Assembly: GCA_013239625.1 (NCBI GenBank)
Contig: MU054220.1
Location: 3,659,374 to 3,723,373, forward strand
Direction: 5' to 3'
Length of the DNA: 64,000 nt
Source of the DNA: Lama guanicoe
Taxonomy: Eukaryota
Shown: positions 1-12,870 of the stretch, piece after piece
Layout of the letters: the number at the start of each line of letters is the position of its first letter
Numbering within the stretch: the stretch's first letter is position 1
Position numbers and translations under genes: made by a program
The notes under the pieces: model-generated
Told to the model about the DNA's origin: nothing
The model's database searches: none
What the model saw: the letters and a program-made list of their open reading frames with translations, nothing else

Positions 1-410
1 ACAATGTTGTGTTCATTTGGGGGTACAGCAAGATGATTCAGTTATACACACTACGTATCACTTCTTTTTCGGATTCTTTTCCATGATAGGTTATTACAAG
101 ATACTGAATATAGTTCTCTGTGCTATACAGCAGGACCCTGTTTATCTACTTTATATACAGTAGTTTGTCTCTGCTAATCCCAAATTCCTAATTTATCCCT
201 CCCCCAACCCGTGCTTTCCCTTTAACCATAAATTTGTTTTCTATGTCTGTGAGTCTATTTCTGTTTGGTAAATAAATTCATTTGTAGCATTTTTTTAGAG
301 TCCACATATAAGCCACATCATATGATATTTGTCTTTCTCTGTCTGACTTAATTACTTAGTATGATAATCTCTAGGTCTACCCACGTTGCTGCAAATGGCA
401 TTATTTCATA
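1..410 (-). mobile_element. LINE-1 3' fragment (artiodactyl type), antisense
   Basis: L1 3' UTR/ORF2-end text (acaatgttgtg...tgctatacag...gttgctgcaaatggcattatttc); similar to the copy at 4428-5059. Confidence 0.85.
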
Positions 411-519
411 AAGAACCTTTTTTAAAATGTTCCACCGGCCCAAGGTCTCAAGCAATCTGTAATTCATCAGCTAAAGCTTTATCCCATCGCTGGAATTAGT
501 ACTTTCATCCTTATCATTA

Positions 520-730
520 TTATTGCCTATCATTTATCGAGGTCCTCCTATATTCCAGGCCCTGGGCATAGCCCTTTACATGAATTACTTCATTTAACCT
601 TCACAACAACACTATGAAGTAGATACCATTATTATCCTCACTTCACGGAGTAAGAAGCTGGGGCACAGAAAGAGGAAGAGACACGTTGGCATCAGGGTAG
701 AGAGGCTGACCTGGGATGGGTCTGCTCCGA
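520..730 (-). mobile_element. MIR SINE (one of many in the window)
   Basis: tcatttaaccttcacaacaacactatgaagtagataccattattatcctc core. Confidence 0.65.
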
Positions 731-2359
731 ACGGGCGGGCTGAGCTCTGCGCTGGAGGTTGCGAGACTCAGAGCAGTGGGGTTCTGGTTAGTTAGCGAGG
801 CCCCCACCCCAACCCCACACACCACAATGCCAGGGCCAGGACTGGCTGAGCACATGGCTGTGGCCTGCCTGGAGGAGATCACAGGAGAGAGAGTTCAAAG
901 AGGGCCTGATCAATGAGGGAGGGGTTCCTAAAGGTTGAACTTGAGCCTCAGAGGACAAGGGAGATTTGAGCCGTGGAGAAGAGGCATTTGGGAGAGAGAG
1001 AGACCTGACTGGGGAAGGCTTGTGTGAAGACAGCTGGGGGGTGGCCCAGGCTGGCTGCAGAGCAGACTCCAGGACAGATGTTGGGGCAGGTGGGCAGGCA
1101 CCAGGTGGGCCCTACTTCCCGTTGCTCCCCTGAAACCCAGTGCAGCTGAGCATACCAGCTGCAGCTAGCATTTGTTGTATTGAGTTGACCCGAAATAGCA
1201 AGTAAATGTGACGCAGAGCAGGAGGAAGGTGTTTTAAGCTGTGGCTGAATGAGAGCGAGTCCTCACACAGTCCCTGCGTGTGCGTCTGCACGTGCAGTGT
1301 CTCTCCACGTAGATCCCCACAAGTCAGTAATGTCCATGAGGATCACTTTTCCCCTTTTTGAGATGAAGAAACCAAAGCACAGAGAGGCGGAGCAAGTTGT
1401 CCAAGGTCACACAGCAAGTGGGGATTCAAACCCAATGCTCCTTATTACAAATCCGGGGCTATTAGTAAGAGAGAGTTTCATTAAATGTGGGCACAAGTTT
1501 CCAGTATCTAAAAGACGTTATGAAAGGCTAAAACCATGACATTTAGAGACAGAGGAAAGTATTTTGGACCCACGCCTACCTGGTTTTGAATTCCGGCTTT
1601 GTCACTTCCTAAGTTACTTATCTTCTCTGTGAGGACAATGGCGGTGCCTCAAAAGGTCCTTGTGAGAATTAAAGAAGTGAATCGATGCCTGTGACGCCCT
1701 CAATAAACGTGAACTATGATTTATTACCATCACAAGTTGCTTAACATTTGCGCCTAGGTTTTCTCAGCTATGAAACGGAGGGAGTGTTCTGAAGATATCC
1801 TGAGCAGGGCAATTGGGAAGACAAAACAAGACAACACGCCCAAGTCCCGTCCCCTCCCATCGCCTGGCTTAACACACATTCCGTCGCTCCCCGACAATCT
1901 TCCCTCATGTCAGATTTACTCTGCTAGCATAAATGACACGCAGATCTAAGAAAAGCATCACTTGTGAACTTGAATGCACAGGCGTGAGCTGAGGAAGCAT
2001 AAAGCATGCTCCCTCTCCCACCTGATAAGAGAGCCTCCACTGGCTTCAGGTAAAATGGCCGAGAGCTGAGTGGGTGTAGTGGGTACCAGAGGGATCCTAC
2101 TGGATTCGGCTCCCTCAATTCTCCTGGGATCTGGTGATGCAGGGAATGGGGCTCTGGCTGCAGATGTGGGCAGTTGGGGTGCTTCTGCAAGGAGATCCTT
2201 TTGGGTTGACCAGGGGTGGGGCAGAATGTTCTGGGTGCAAGGCAAGGACAACATTCTCTACCCGAGACTGAGCAACAGACCTGAGCTCCCTTTTTTCCCT
2301 TTTAAATAAACTACCAATGAATGAGTACTTACTATGTTCCGAGAACTGTGCTCAGAAGT

Positions 2360-2500
2360 GGATGGATCTCAGCTGCTACCATCTGTGCAGCCTCAGGCAA
2401 ATTTCTTAACAACTCTGAGCTCCAATGTCTTCATCTGTGGACCGGGCTTAATATGGTGCTTACCGCCTAGGGTTGTGATGAGGATTAAATGAGTTAATAC
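2360..2500 (+). mobile_element. MIR SINE
   Basis: ggcaaatttcttaacaactctgagc...tagggttgtgatgaggattaaatgag. Confidence 0.65.
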
Positions 2501-4427
2501 AAAGCAATCTTAGTGAATGCTAGTTAGATTTTGGTATTTTTTTGTATACAGTTCACCAATTTAATCTTCATAATGACCCTGAGAGGTTGAAACAATTGTC
2601 TTCTTCCTCACCTCACTCCCAGTTAATTTTTTTGGTGGGGGTGTGAAAATTCAGAGGTTAAATGAGTGGTTCCTGAATGTTGACCTGACCACATATAAAT
2701 GCACTTGGAGAACATGTGATAAACCAGGTTCTCAGGGCTGACTGTAGAGGGAGATTCCATGCATCTAGGATGGGCCCAAGGAGGCGGTGATGCATTTGCA
2801 ATGGCTGTAGCATCCCAGGTGATCAGGAAGTGGGGAGCTGGGTTAGGTGATCTGGCAACGGCCCCACAGAGGAGGCAGGACTTGAATACTGAAGTAGCCT
2901 CATTTACAAAAAGAGCACTTCCGCTGGTGGGTGGGCAATAACCCACTCTCTTCTGCTCCCTAGGGCTCCGGAGGGATGTGGGGTGGCGGTGTGGTTCTGG
3001 CCTGGCCCTCTCTCTAAGGAGGAAGGCTGGGTGGGGCTCTCGAGGATGGTCCCCCATTTGCAGGGCACTCTGCCCTGTCATGGCTTCCCTTCCCCAAAGC
3101 CACCCGAGACAAGACAGTGGGGGGCCTGTCAGCCCTGTACATTCTGAAAGGTCTTACCAATGGTCAGGCACCTGTCCCTCGTTGGCTCCCCACAGACTTC
3201 TTCTCCAGGGCCCATCTCGGCCCTCTGGTGCCACTGGGCATGTGGAGAGCCTCTGGCAAACGTCAGGAGCTGCCAAAGCATTTGGTTACTTTGCTCTTTT
3301 ATTAATAAATGTGTACTGATGCCAACAACATGGAAACTGCTGCCTGGGAACAGGAGTGGGAACATGCTCTGGGGAGCTTTCTGGCTGGATCGTGGTGACA
3401 AGGAGAAACAGACAGGGATCTATGGGGACAAAGGAGGCGGGCAGCCGGATGGCCCAATTTAGGGCATCTGGGGGCGTCCAAGGACCTCTGCAGTTTGTGA
3501 AAACCTTTTTGGGAAAAGGAGAGTTGGGAGGAATTGGACAGGAAGGAGCCTGGTATCCTGACCCTCTGGCCAGAGGACTTGGAGCTGCTTGGGGCTGGAA
3601 GCCTGGCTTAGCCCAGCTGCAGGCAGCCAGACACATCTTCCCCCAGGTCTGCTGGACCCAGGGTGTATGGCAAGGGGCAGGGGAGATGGCCACAGTGTGG
3701 TACCTGTGGAGGATCTTAAACCCCAAAGAAACAAGAAAGGCAGGGAGGCATCTTCCCCTGGAGGAGCTGCTGGTCTGATGCTCCCAGGAAGAAAGAGCGA
3801 TTGCACGTGTGACCCGGGGCCTTGCACACAGCAGACACAGTTAGTATCACGAGCCCCTTTCCAAGATGCTGTAGAGAAATACTCAGAAACAATGTGCCCA
3901 ATAAGGACAGGACAGAAAAGTGGGTGTTGGTGTAGAAGTCGCTGGCAGGCAAACCCCACAGGGGGCCAGCTCCCGGCCTCCAGGGCTCCAGTGCCCTGTG
4001 CAGCCACCAGAAACGCCCTCTCCTCCAGCCAGGATATGCATTCACTTCTATTACTGGGCAGTGAATAAATAATCAGAAAGCCTTGCCAGGATCTGCCGTT
4101 TACCCTTTAAAGGAATGAACTTCTGTTTCATTTGGGGAGTTAAAAAAAGGATTCCCAGACGGAAGCCTGGGCCTGGGGCGGGGGGAAGTGTTTCTCCCAG
4201 GCGCTGTCATGGAGTGGAATGGTGTGGATGCCGGTGGGAACCTGAGCATTCCCAAGAGAGGTTCTCTCACCCTCAGCAGGCTGAGCCCGGGGGCCGTGGC
4301 ACCCCCTGGACAGTCCCCTCCCGCAGGACACCAGCACTGCCCCTGCCACCCCCATCCTGGGCCCCTCACATCGTAGCCCAGGAGTCTCCACCAAGTTTGC
4401 TCATGCCCTTAACACAGCAAAAAGTTT

Positions 4428-5059
4428 GTTTTCTTTTAATTGATTTATAATCATTTTCCAATGTTGTGTCAAATTCCAGTGTAGAGCACAATTTTTCAGT
4501 TATACATGAACATATATATATTCATTGTCACATTTTTTTCCTCTGTGAGCTACCGTAAGATCTTGTATATATTTCCCTGTGCTATACAGTATCATCTTGT
4601 TTATCTAGATTTTGAAAGTCTATCCCTTCCCACCCCCTGCCCCCTCGGCAACCACAAGTTTATATTCTATGTCTGTGAGTCTATTTCTGTTTTATATTTA
4701 TGCATTGTTTGTTTTTTGGTTTTGTTTTTTTTTAAGATTTTTTTAAGCGATCTCATATGGTATTTTTCTTTCTCTTTCTGGCTTACTTCACTTAGAACGA
4801 CATTCTCCAGGAGCATCCATGTTGCTGCAAATGGTGTTATGTTGTCAGTTTTTATGGCTGAGTAGTATTCCATTGTATAAATATACATCTTCTTTATCCA
4901 GTCACCTGTTGATGGACATTTAGGCTGTTTCCATGTCTTGGCTATTGTAAATAATAATGCTATGTGGGGTGTAGGTGTCATCCTGAAGTAGGGTTCCTTC
5001 TGGATATATGCCCAGGAGAGGGATTCCTGAGTCATATGGTAAGTCTATTCCTAGTCTTT
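4428..5059 (-). mobile_element. 5'-truncated LINE-1 with a perfect 15-bp TSD
   Basis: Minus ORF KTWKQPKCPSTGDWIKKMYIYTMEYYSAIK is the L1 ORF2 C-terminus; TSD cacagcaaaaagttt at 4413-4427 and 5060-5074. Confidence 0.92.
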
Positions 5060-5589
5060 CACAGCAAAAAGTTTTGATCACAACTACTCAACATATTTAT
5101 TCATTTATAAATAATAATCCTGCATCATTGTCCTAATGTATTATGAATGTTATCAAACATGCACAAAAATATAAATTTAAAGATAAATTTGATTCAATCA
5201 CATTAAAATAATATTTTAAAATGTTTTAATAACTTAATGATAAATGACCTATTATAAATTATTTAAATTAATACAACTTAATAATTTAATAAGAAATAAA
5301 ATGTTTTAATAATTGTGAGTGGTATTGTGCCATCATTAACTAAGATTTCAACCCAAAAATCTATACTTATAGTTAAGCTCATTTATAATAATAGTGGATA
5401 TAGATTCCTATTGCAAATTGTCTTCTCGCTCATATTTGAACTTTGGGGACCACTATCTTGTTAGACCCAGTTGGATCATCTCAGTGTTTGCTTTTCCTGT
5501 GGCTGTTGGAGCAGACCCAGCAGGAAGGCAGGGCCCACACCATGCCTCACTCTGGATTCGAGTATTTACGTTATGTTCAGGGTTTCTAA

Positions 5590-5898
5590 CTTTTCTTTTT
5601 TGTCCTTCCTTTTCCCACCTTTTTTAAAAAAAAAACACCTTTATTGTAGTATGGTTCCACCAATGTTCATAGCAGCACTATTTACAATAGTCAGGACATG
5701 GAAACAACCAAAATGTCCATTGACAGATGACTGGATAAAGATGTGGTATATTTATACAATGGAATACTACTCAGCCATAAAAAGAATGAAATAATGCTGT
5801 TCCCAGCAACATGGACGGACCTGGATATCGTCATTCTAAGTGAAGTAAGCCAGAAAGAGAAAGAAAAATGCCATATGATATTACTTATACGTGGAATT
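5590..5898. mobile_element. LINE-1 fragment, probably 5'-inverted
   Basis: + strand ORF2 end (PMFIAALFTIVRTWKQPKCPLTDDWIK) at ~5658-5898, preceded by a T-rich tract and an antisense L1-like 3' terminus (tttattgtagtatggtt). Confidence 0.8.
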
Positions 5899-6639
5899 TC
5901 TGCTTTTTTTTTCAATCCCTTGTCCACTAGGTAAAAAAATCAGTTGAAGGGTATTCTAAACTATAAAACTGCAGAACTGGTCTCACATGAAGAGAACAGT
6001 TGTTCAAAATGCTCACAGCAAAGAAAAAGGCCCGGCCGCCAGCCTCTCGGTGTGGTCCAATCGCAGCCTTCCCTCAAACAAATACAGACATCAGCATCAA
6101 TCTATAAATACTGGTGAAACTTAATTCTTTTCCTTTTTTTTTGATGAAATGGAAATAGAAATAAAAATTTTTAATATTCCTTTCCCCTCACAGAACTACC
6201 CTGCACACTCCTGGGGTGATCGCACCCTACTCTAGAGACCTCTGTGTCAGGCTCCTCCCCATTCCCCTCACTTCCCAACCATCTCTGTTGCAAACAGTAG
6301 CCAGCAGGAGCTTATGAAAATATGGAAAATGTGGATTTGATCAAGCCACTGCCTCTTCGTTGCTTCCCATGGCTTCCCACGAGTCTTGGGGAAAAAGTAA
6401 GGCTTCTTACCTGGTCTGGCTGCTCCTCCCATCTCACCTGCACCCCCACTGCCCCCATCCCATCTCCCATTGCCTCTGCCAGGAGGGCCTCCTGGATCTG
6501 CTTGGCCCAATCGTGCACCTCCACCCAAGACAGCACGTGGCTGGCTCCTTCTCAACCTCAGGTCTCAGTTCTACTGTCACCCCTCAGAGAAGCAAGGGTC
6601 AGCTCTTCATCTAAAAATTATTACTACACTTCCCCTCTG

Positions 6640-6870
6640 CAATTATTTTGTCTCCCTGATCCTCTATGGCCTTTAAAGCCTCAATCACATTTTGTCACTA
6701 TGTAAATCTGTTTATGGACTCTGTTTGCTGTCTCTTTCCCATATGATAAGCTTGGGGACCACTGGGGAGCCCCCACATCTGCCTTTTCCACTGATACGTG
6801 AACAGAACCCAACACCGTCCCTGGCATATTGTAGGTGCTAAGTGAATGAATAATGAAATGAATGGATGAG
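6640..6870 (+). mobile_element. LINE-2 3' end
   Basis: cctggcatattgtaggtgctaagtgaatgaat...gaatgga terminus. Confidence 0.55.
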
Positions 6871-9623
6871 GTCTGGGTGGATCTACAAATGTTTAGTTGG
6901 ACTGGGCTTGTCTTCTAGCCACAGCTAGGTGCTCCTGGATGTGGGGAACCAGCTTCCCCTCCCCTGGCCTCAGACCTCTCCGGCCTCCCTCACACCAGGG
7001 AGGCCAGATGTAGCCGTACCCATCCAAGGTGCTTAGAGGAAGCCTGGAGTGGTCTTCCAAGGGCCAGAAGAGGCTATGAAGAGTGAGGTGGCCACCCTCC
7101 TCCTCTGAGGGCTGAGAACCCTGGGGGTCAGAGAGGGATAGTGTCGTACCTAAAGACACACAGCAGGGTCAGGACAGAGCGCACTGCTAGCAGCACAGGT
7201 GAAAAGCTAGTTGGAGTTCTCTTGGCTCAGGGGACTGAGGCACCGTGGGAGGTGTGTGTTTGTTGAGGGAAAGGGTGCCTTCACCTGGGCTGGGCCCCTT
7301 TGAGGCGCAGAGGCTGAGGCCTGACTCTGCCCTTTCTGGGTACTGGAATTTGTGCTCACACGACCCTCCTGAGATGTCCTCACAGGTCAGGGAGGCACAG
7401 ATGCGGCTCAGAGACGGTCCAAGCTCACATAGGTAGTAAACAGTGGAGTCAGGACCACACCTCGGTCTCCCCACCCACAGCGTGATGGCCCTCCCCCTCC
7501 CCACCCAACTGCTCTTTGTGAGCCAACATTGTGGGGCAATTTGCAGGGCTCAATCACCTTGTGATTAGCTCATACACAGCACACAGGGGAGGCGCGAGCA
7601 CCGGTCCCACCCGGTGTCGGCAGGTGCGGCTGCTCAGCTGGCACCGACCCCGGCTTCTCCAGCTCAGCACCTGCCTCTGAAAAGAAATGAAATCCAACCC
7701 CCTGGGAAACCTTGGAGCGAAAGCAGGAGAAAATCTCTCTTTTCAAGAAAGAGACCCAAAGGGACTTTTTTTAAACCAGATTCCTTGACAGCTTCTGGTG
7801 AAGTGAAGCTCTTTTTAATGTATTTTTAAAGAAAACTGAAGCACAGGAGAATGACTGGGGCGGGGGGACAATTTCTGAGCATCTTTCCCTCTTTGGATCT
7901 CAGTTAGTTCCTTACCATGAAAGGAACTGGCCTTAATCACCCAAAGCCAACAGGGTGGGCCCCCCACTTCAGACGTTTAGGCTCCAAGATGGGACTGGAA
8001 GGTTCCCCCCGAAGTGGGAACTTGACTTGGGTCTTAAAGGATTTGCGGGAGAAAAAGTTCAAACAAACACACAGGTGGAGGGAGGCAACCTGGGCCTGAC
8101 TCGGGTGGGAGGAGGGAGGAGGGAGCTGCAGAGGGGAAGGGGGAGGTGAGGGACAAAAAGCCTCAACCCGGGAATTGCGAAGCCTGGGTTCCACTCCCAG
8201 CTCTGCCACTCACGTGCTGGGTGAGGTGGAGCGAGGTCTCTGCCCCTTCCTAGGCCTCAGTTTCCCTATTGGCAAAACTGGTGGGAGAGGGCTAGACAGA
8301 GTGAACCCTAAGCTCTCTTGGGCCAGATGTGGCTGTGACAGCCCCTCCCCTCCCCCACTGGGTGGCCACAGTCCTAGCTGCAGCTGAGGCTGCAGGTGTC
8401 ACACTTCTCAGGCCTCTTCCAGCAGCCCAGCCGTTGGGCCCCCGCTAATCCCGTTTAAACCCACTTCTTCCTGGCTGCTGTCGTTGTGAGCAGCCTGTGG
8501 GGACCTCCTCTCCCAGGAAGGGAGGACTTTGTGACTTGGCAGGGGGGAAGGGGCAGGCCTGGCCTCGGCCCGCCCCCTCACCCGCTGGGGGCCCCCAGGC
8601 TATCTGTTCTTCAGACTGGGACCCAACAGAGAGGCCATTCAGTGCTCTGCCTGTGTATCCCCTGCTTCCCCAGCCCAGGCCTCAGCAGATGGCCCACTTG
8701 CCACCCCTCCATGGAGGCTGGAGGCCCAGCTGGAAGCCAGAAGTGGTAGGGTCTGCCCTCCTCTTACAGAAGTGGTCAGTGCCTGATTCCAGGTCCAGAG
8801 CCCCTACCTCACTGGGCCTCTGTTGCCAGGCCCAATGCCCTCCTCACCTCCCACTGCCCAGCCAGCCCCACCTCTGACCATTCAGAGAGGCACAGAGGGC
8901 CATGCTCTCAGACACCACTCAGGCCAGTCCCCTGGGTCCACACAGACGGCACCAGCCACCTGTCTGAGGCCACACAGCTCTTCAGAGGTTAGGCCAAGAC
9001 TGGAACCCGAGTCTCTGGCTCCTGATGAGTGCTCACTGCTTCACAGCTGTGGTCCTCAGTCTGCCTGCGCATCAAGATGACTTGGGGTTGGGGAGGACTG
9101 GTTAGAGTCTGACCCAGAAGGTCTGGGGAGGGGCCTATGAATCTACGCTCTTGACAAATTCTCCAGGCAATTCCCAGAAGGCCTCTCAGATGCTGCTATC
9201 CTGGCTGTCTTCTCTGTTTATTTCTACCCTGAATAGTAGTTAAAATTCTGTGATGTTGGCAGGACTGGAGTAATTATCTCCATTTCACAGGTAAGGAAAT
9301 TGAGGCCCCAACAGGCACACAATTTCACAAAGTAAATTTCACATAGTAAGGTCCTGCCAGAGCCAGGCCTTCATTAGTGACTTTCGGGCAACAGTCCCCT
9401 GCCCTTTCTCCCGGGGGAGAGCAGGAAGGGCCCTGGGACCCTCCTGCCATTCCTCCCCTCCCCCAACTTATAACACTTAAAGGCCCAAGTCCTGAAAAGA
9501 TGATAGTGTTTCCCTTTATCCCTAGTGCGATCCTAAATAAAAACACTAAACTCTAAAATAACTTGTAAGAAAATCCCATGATGGCAATAGCACTTTGCAT
9601 CTTTTAAAACTATTAAATTCTTT

Positions 9624-9798
9624 TTTATATAATTTTTATTGAGTCTGTAATTTTCATTTCTTCTTTTACTAAGTGGGAATTTTGATTTTATACTTTTTAA
9701 ACTTTTTTTTTTTTAAATAGAGGTACTGGTGATTAAACTCAAGACCTCGTGCATGCTAAGCATGTGCTCTACCACTGAGCTACAATCCTCCCCCCAAA
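9624..9798 (-). mobile_element. tRNA-Ala-derived SINE (camelid Vic-1-like) with an extended 3' tail
   Basis: Minus strand gggggaggattgtagctcagtggtagagcacatgcttagcatgcacgaggtc...; 12-bp TSD attaaattcttt at 9612-9623 and 9799-9810. Confidence 0.85.
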
Positions 9799-12229
9799 AT
9801 TAAATTCTTTAAAAACATCTCCCCTCATTTTACTGGTGGCTCTGCTTCTGTGGTGCCCAGAGCAACATCCCCACTTCCTAAGAGATAGCTCACTGTTGTC
9901 AGGGTCCCACCCAATGTGGGGTCTGGGTGATGGGCCTGCCAGCCACTGAGAGCTACACTCTCAATCCCGGGTCTGGTCCCTCCCCAGTTTCCCCAGTCCC
10001 ACCCAATTTCCTCCCCAGAAGCTGCAAGGCATTCACCAGTGGAGCCTGGTATCTATCTCAGATGGGCCCTGGCAAGGCAGACTCTCATTGATGGGGACTT
10101 GAAATGGATGCCTCTCGTCTCCTTGACCATCAAACTTCTGTTCCTGTGGGGGCTCTGAGTGAAAGCAAGGCTCCCTCCTCACCCCTCTGGGGAAGGGGCT
10201 CATCCCTAATCCTCTTTAGAGGGGAGAGAGGAGGGCAGCCCCCCAGGGACGCAGCCCAGAAGCTGCTCGCTTTCCTCTTGGAACCACTGGTGTTAGCCGG
10301 TACTAGAGAATGAAGAAGTTGGGGCTTCAGGGGCTAAGATAGCTATGCTGTGTGTCCTTGAAGAAGTCATTTAACCTCTCTGAAACTTACTAAAGTAAAA
10401 CAGGACCTATATTCTAATTCTTCCTTACAGGATTATCCAAAAATGAAAGAAAACAGTACATGCAGAGAAAGCATTTAACACAGAGCCTGGCTCACAGTAA
10501 GCATTCAACACACGGCCCTTATTGTCACTATAAGCTAGTGTGACATCAGAAGAAAGAGCACTGGAATTGGAGCCAAGGCACCTGCAGTCTAGCTTGGGCT
10601 CTGCCACTAATGGGTGGGTGGCTTTGAGCAATTCCCACAAGCCCTCCTGGGCCTCAGTTTGCCCATCTGTAAAATGAGAGTGTGGGGCCAGAAGAGGTCT
10701 CTAGTCTCTCCCAGGGATGACTTTCCATCACTTTCCAGAGCTCCCCTTCGTCCTTTTTAGCTCAGTTAAATGTTACTATTTCTAGAAAGCCTTTCCTCAG
10801 ACCTCAAAGCTGTGAGCCTTTCTGCCTCGCCCCACTCGGCGCCCCGCATCGATTCCTCTCCCTGGCCCTACACAGGAAGACTGTCCCATGATGACTCCCA
10901 CACTGGCTGGATGTGTCACCTTGACCTCTGATTTGCAGCCCCAGGGAGAATCATGAGATTAAGGCAACCCTTTGTCACTTCCTTTGGGCCAGTATTATTT
11001 CCTCCACTTTACAGATGGGGATGCTGAGGTCCTGGGTATTAGACAACTCAAGTGGCACCACTCAGGGAGCCTGGGAGTCCCAGAGCCTCAGCCTGATTTT
11101 CTGCAGTGACTCAGGGCTTCGGCAATCATTACAGCAGCGATTACTCCTTAAATTGGTTATTTTTCACTGTTGATGCCACCGTCACCGAGTGGGACTTTTT
11201 TTTTCCAGTTTGCATTCACCAGGCCAGGGGAAGGTGCTGAGTGTGAAACAAAGCAGAAGGAAAAGAAAGAAAAAGAGAGGAGGTGGGAGGACTGGACAGA
11301 ACGGAGGGGCCAGGGGGGTTACGAGTTTTCTCGCCATCTTCCAGGCTGCCCTGGACCCCTGGTGGGGGCAGGGGAAAGTAGGAGCTGGGGGATAGGGGTG
11401 GCAACAGCAGGTGTCTGGGTGGGGCGGGCAGTTCAGGGGTTAGCTGCACCCACTCCAGAGGTCCAGTTCAGGCTTCTTGGACTCCAGGGGGTAAGGCCTG
11501 GGCTGGGGCAGCTGAGCCCACCCCTGCTCTCACAGTCTCCCCTTGTCCCCCCAACACTTTCCCCATACTCCTCAGACACCGACCACGTGCCGGCACTGAG
11601 CTAGGCACAAAGGTACAGCAGCGAACAGACAGTCTTGTCCGGAAGTAGCTCTCAGCTGGCCCAGGGCACTTAGAACCTAGCTCTTAAATCCACAACAGTG
11701 CCCTTGAGGGGGGCTGTAGAGGACGGCTTGAGTATGGGGGTGCTGGTGAGAGGTCAGGAAAGATTTCCAGGGAAAATGAGCTGAGATAAAGAAGCATGAG
11801 CAAGAGCCGGCAGATGAAGACTGGGGCGTGGTGGGGGATGCGCAATCCAGCAAAGGGAACAGCACACAGGACAGGTCCCGACGCTGCATAGAGTGATGCA
11901 CAAGAGGGCAACTGGGAGTAGCTTCTGCGCGGGTGTCTGTCTCCTCTACCAGATTACCAAGCTTCTCTGAGGCAAAAATCACTCATCTTCTGTGTGTACA
12001 TCCCTGTATTCATTTTAGCTTGAACAATATAAAGTTCATTTACAATCCTGCAAAATGAAGTGGCAGGTCTATGATGGCCTTCACCCTTGGGCTGCTGTCT
12101 ACTGCTGCACAGGCTGTGCACTGCGACACTCCCTCGGCAATAGGATGAATACCCGGTGTCTCTGCTCTACACTGTCATTTATTAGTAGTAATTATTCTCA
12201 ATACCTCTCTCTCTCTCTCTCTCTCATGC

Positions 12230-12870
12230 AGTATGTGTAGAATAAGGTGCTGGGAATACAATGATGAGTGAGACAAGTCAAGTTTCTATCCTCAAGGAGA
12301 GTATATTCTAGAGAAAGCAGATAAAAGAAACAGATAAATTTAAAACTGGAAAGTTAATCGTAGATAGTGACACATGCTATAAAGGTAGTGAACAGCTGAA
12401 GCAGTTGGGTGATGGGGGTCAACTATGCCTTGGTGGCTGGGAAGGCTCTCCAAGGTGACCTTCTAGCTGACACCAGTGGTGAGAGAGAGAGAGACAGAGA
12501 GACAGAGAGACAGAGAGGCAGCTATGGGAAGAGCATTCCAGGTAGAGGGAACAGCATGGGCCAAGGGCTCAAGGTGGAAACATTTCAGTAGCTACAGGAA
12601 CTAGGAAGATGGATGAGGTGTGGCTGGAGCAAAGGGAATGAGAGGAGGTCAGAGGCTACAAGGCCATGCTGGCTACAGTGACGAGTCTGGATTTTACTTG
12701 AAGCAACAGGAAAGCCATGTTTCACAATCTCGGATCAACTTTTTCAAAGCTCTCTTGGATGGATGAGTGGAGAGTTGGAGGAGGCAAAGTTAAGAGCTGG
12801 GGGACCAGTTAGGAGGAAAGACAGCAGCCCCAGGGAGAGATGATAATGGCTTGGGTTAGGGTTGGGTAGC
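12230..12870 (-). mobile_element. LINE-2 fragment
   Basis: gtgctgggaataca...gaagagcattccaggtagagggaacagcatgggccaaggg... Confidence 0.7.

Larger units (their letters stand above)
4378..6244. mobile_element. Old hAT-Charlie-like DNA transposon remnant interrupted by two L1s
   Basis: Degenerate terminal inverted repeats caggagtctcca (4379) and tagagacctctg (6233-6244); AT-rich interior; right end resembles Charlie4-type termini (recall). Confidence 0.5.

Noticed and set aside
4667..5934. ORFs containing KTWKQPKCP...EYYSAIK
   Set aside because: Decayed LINE-1 ORF2 C-terminal fragments, not host genes
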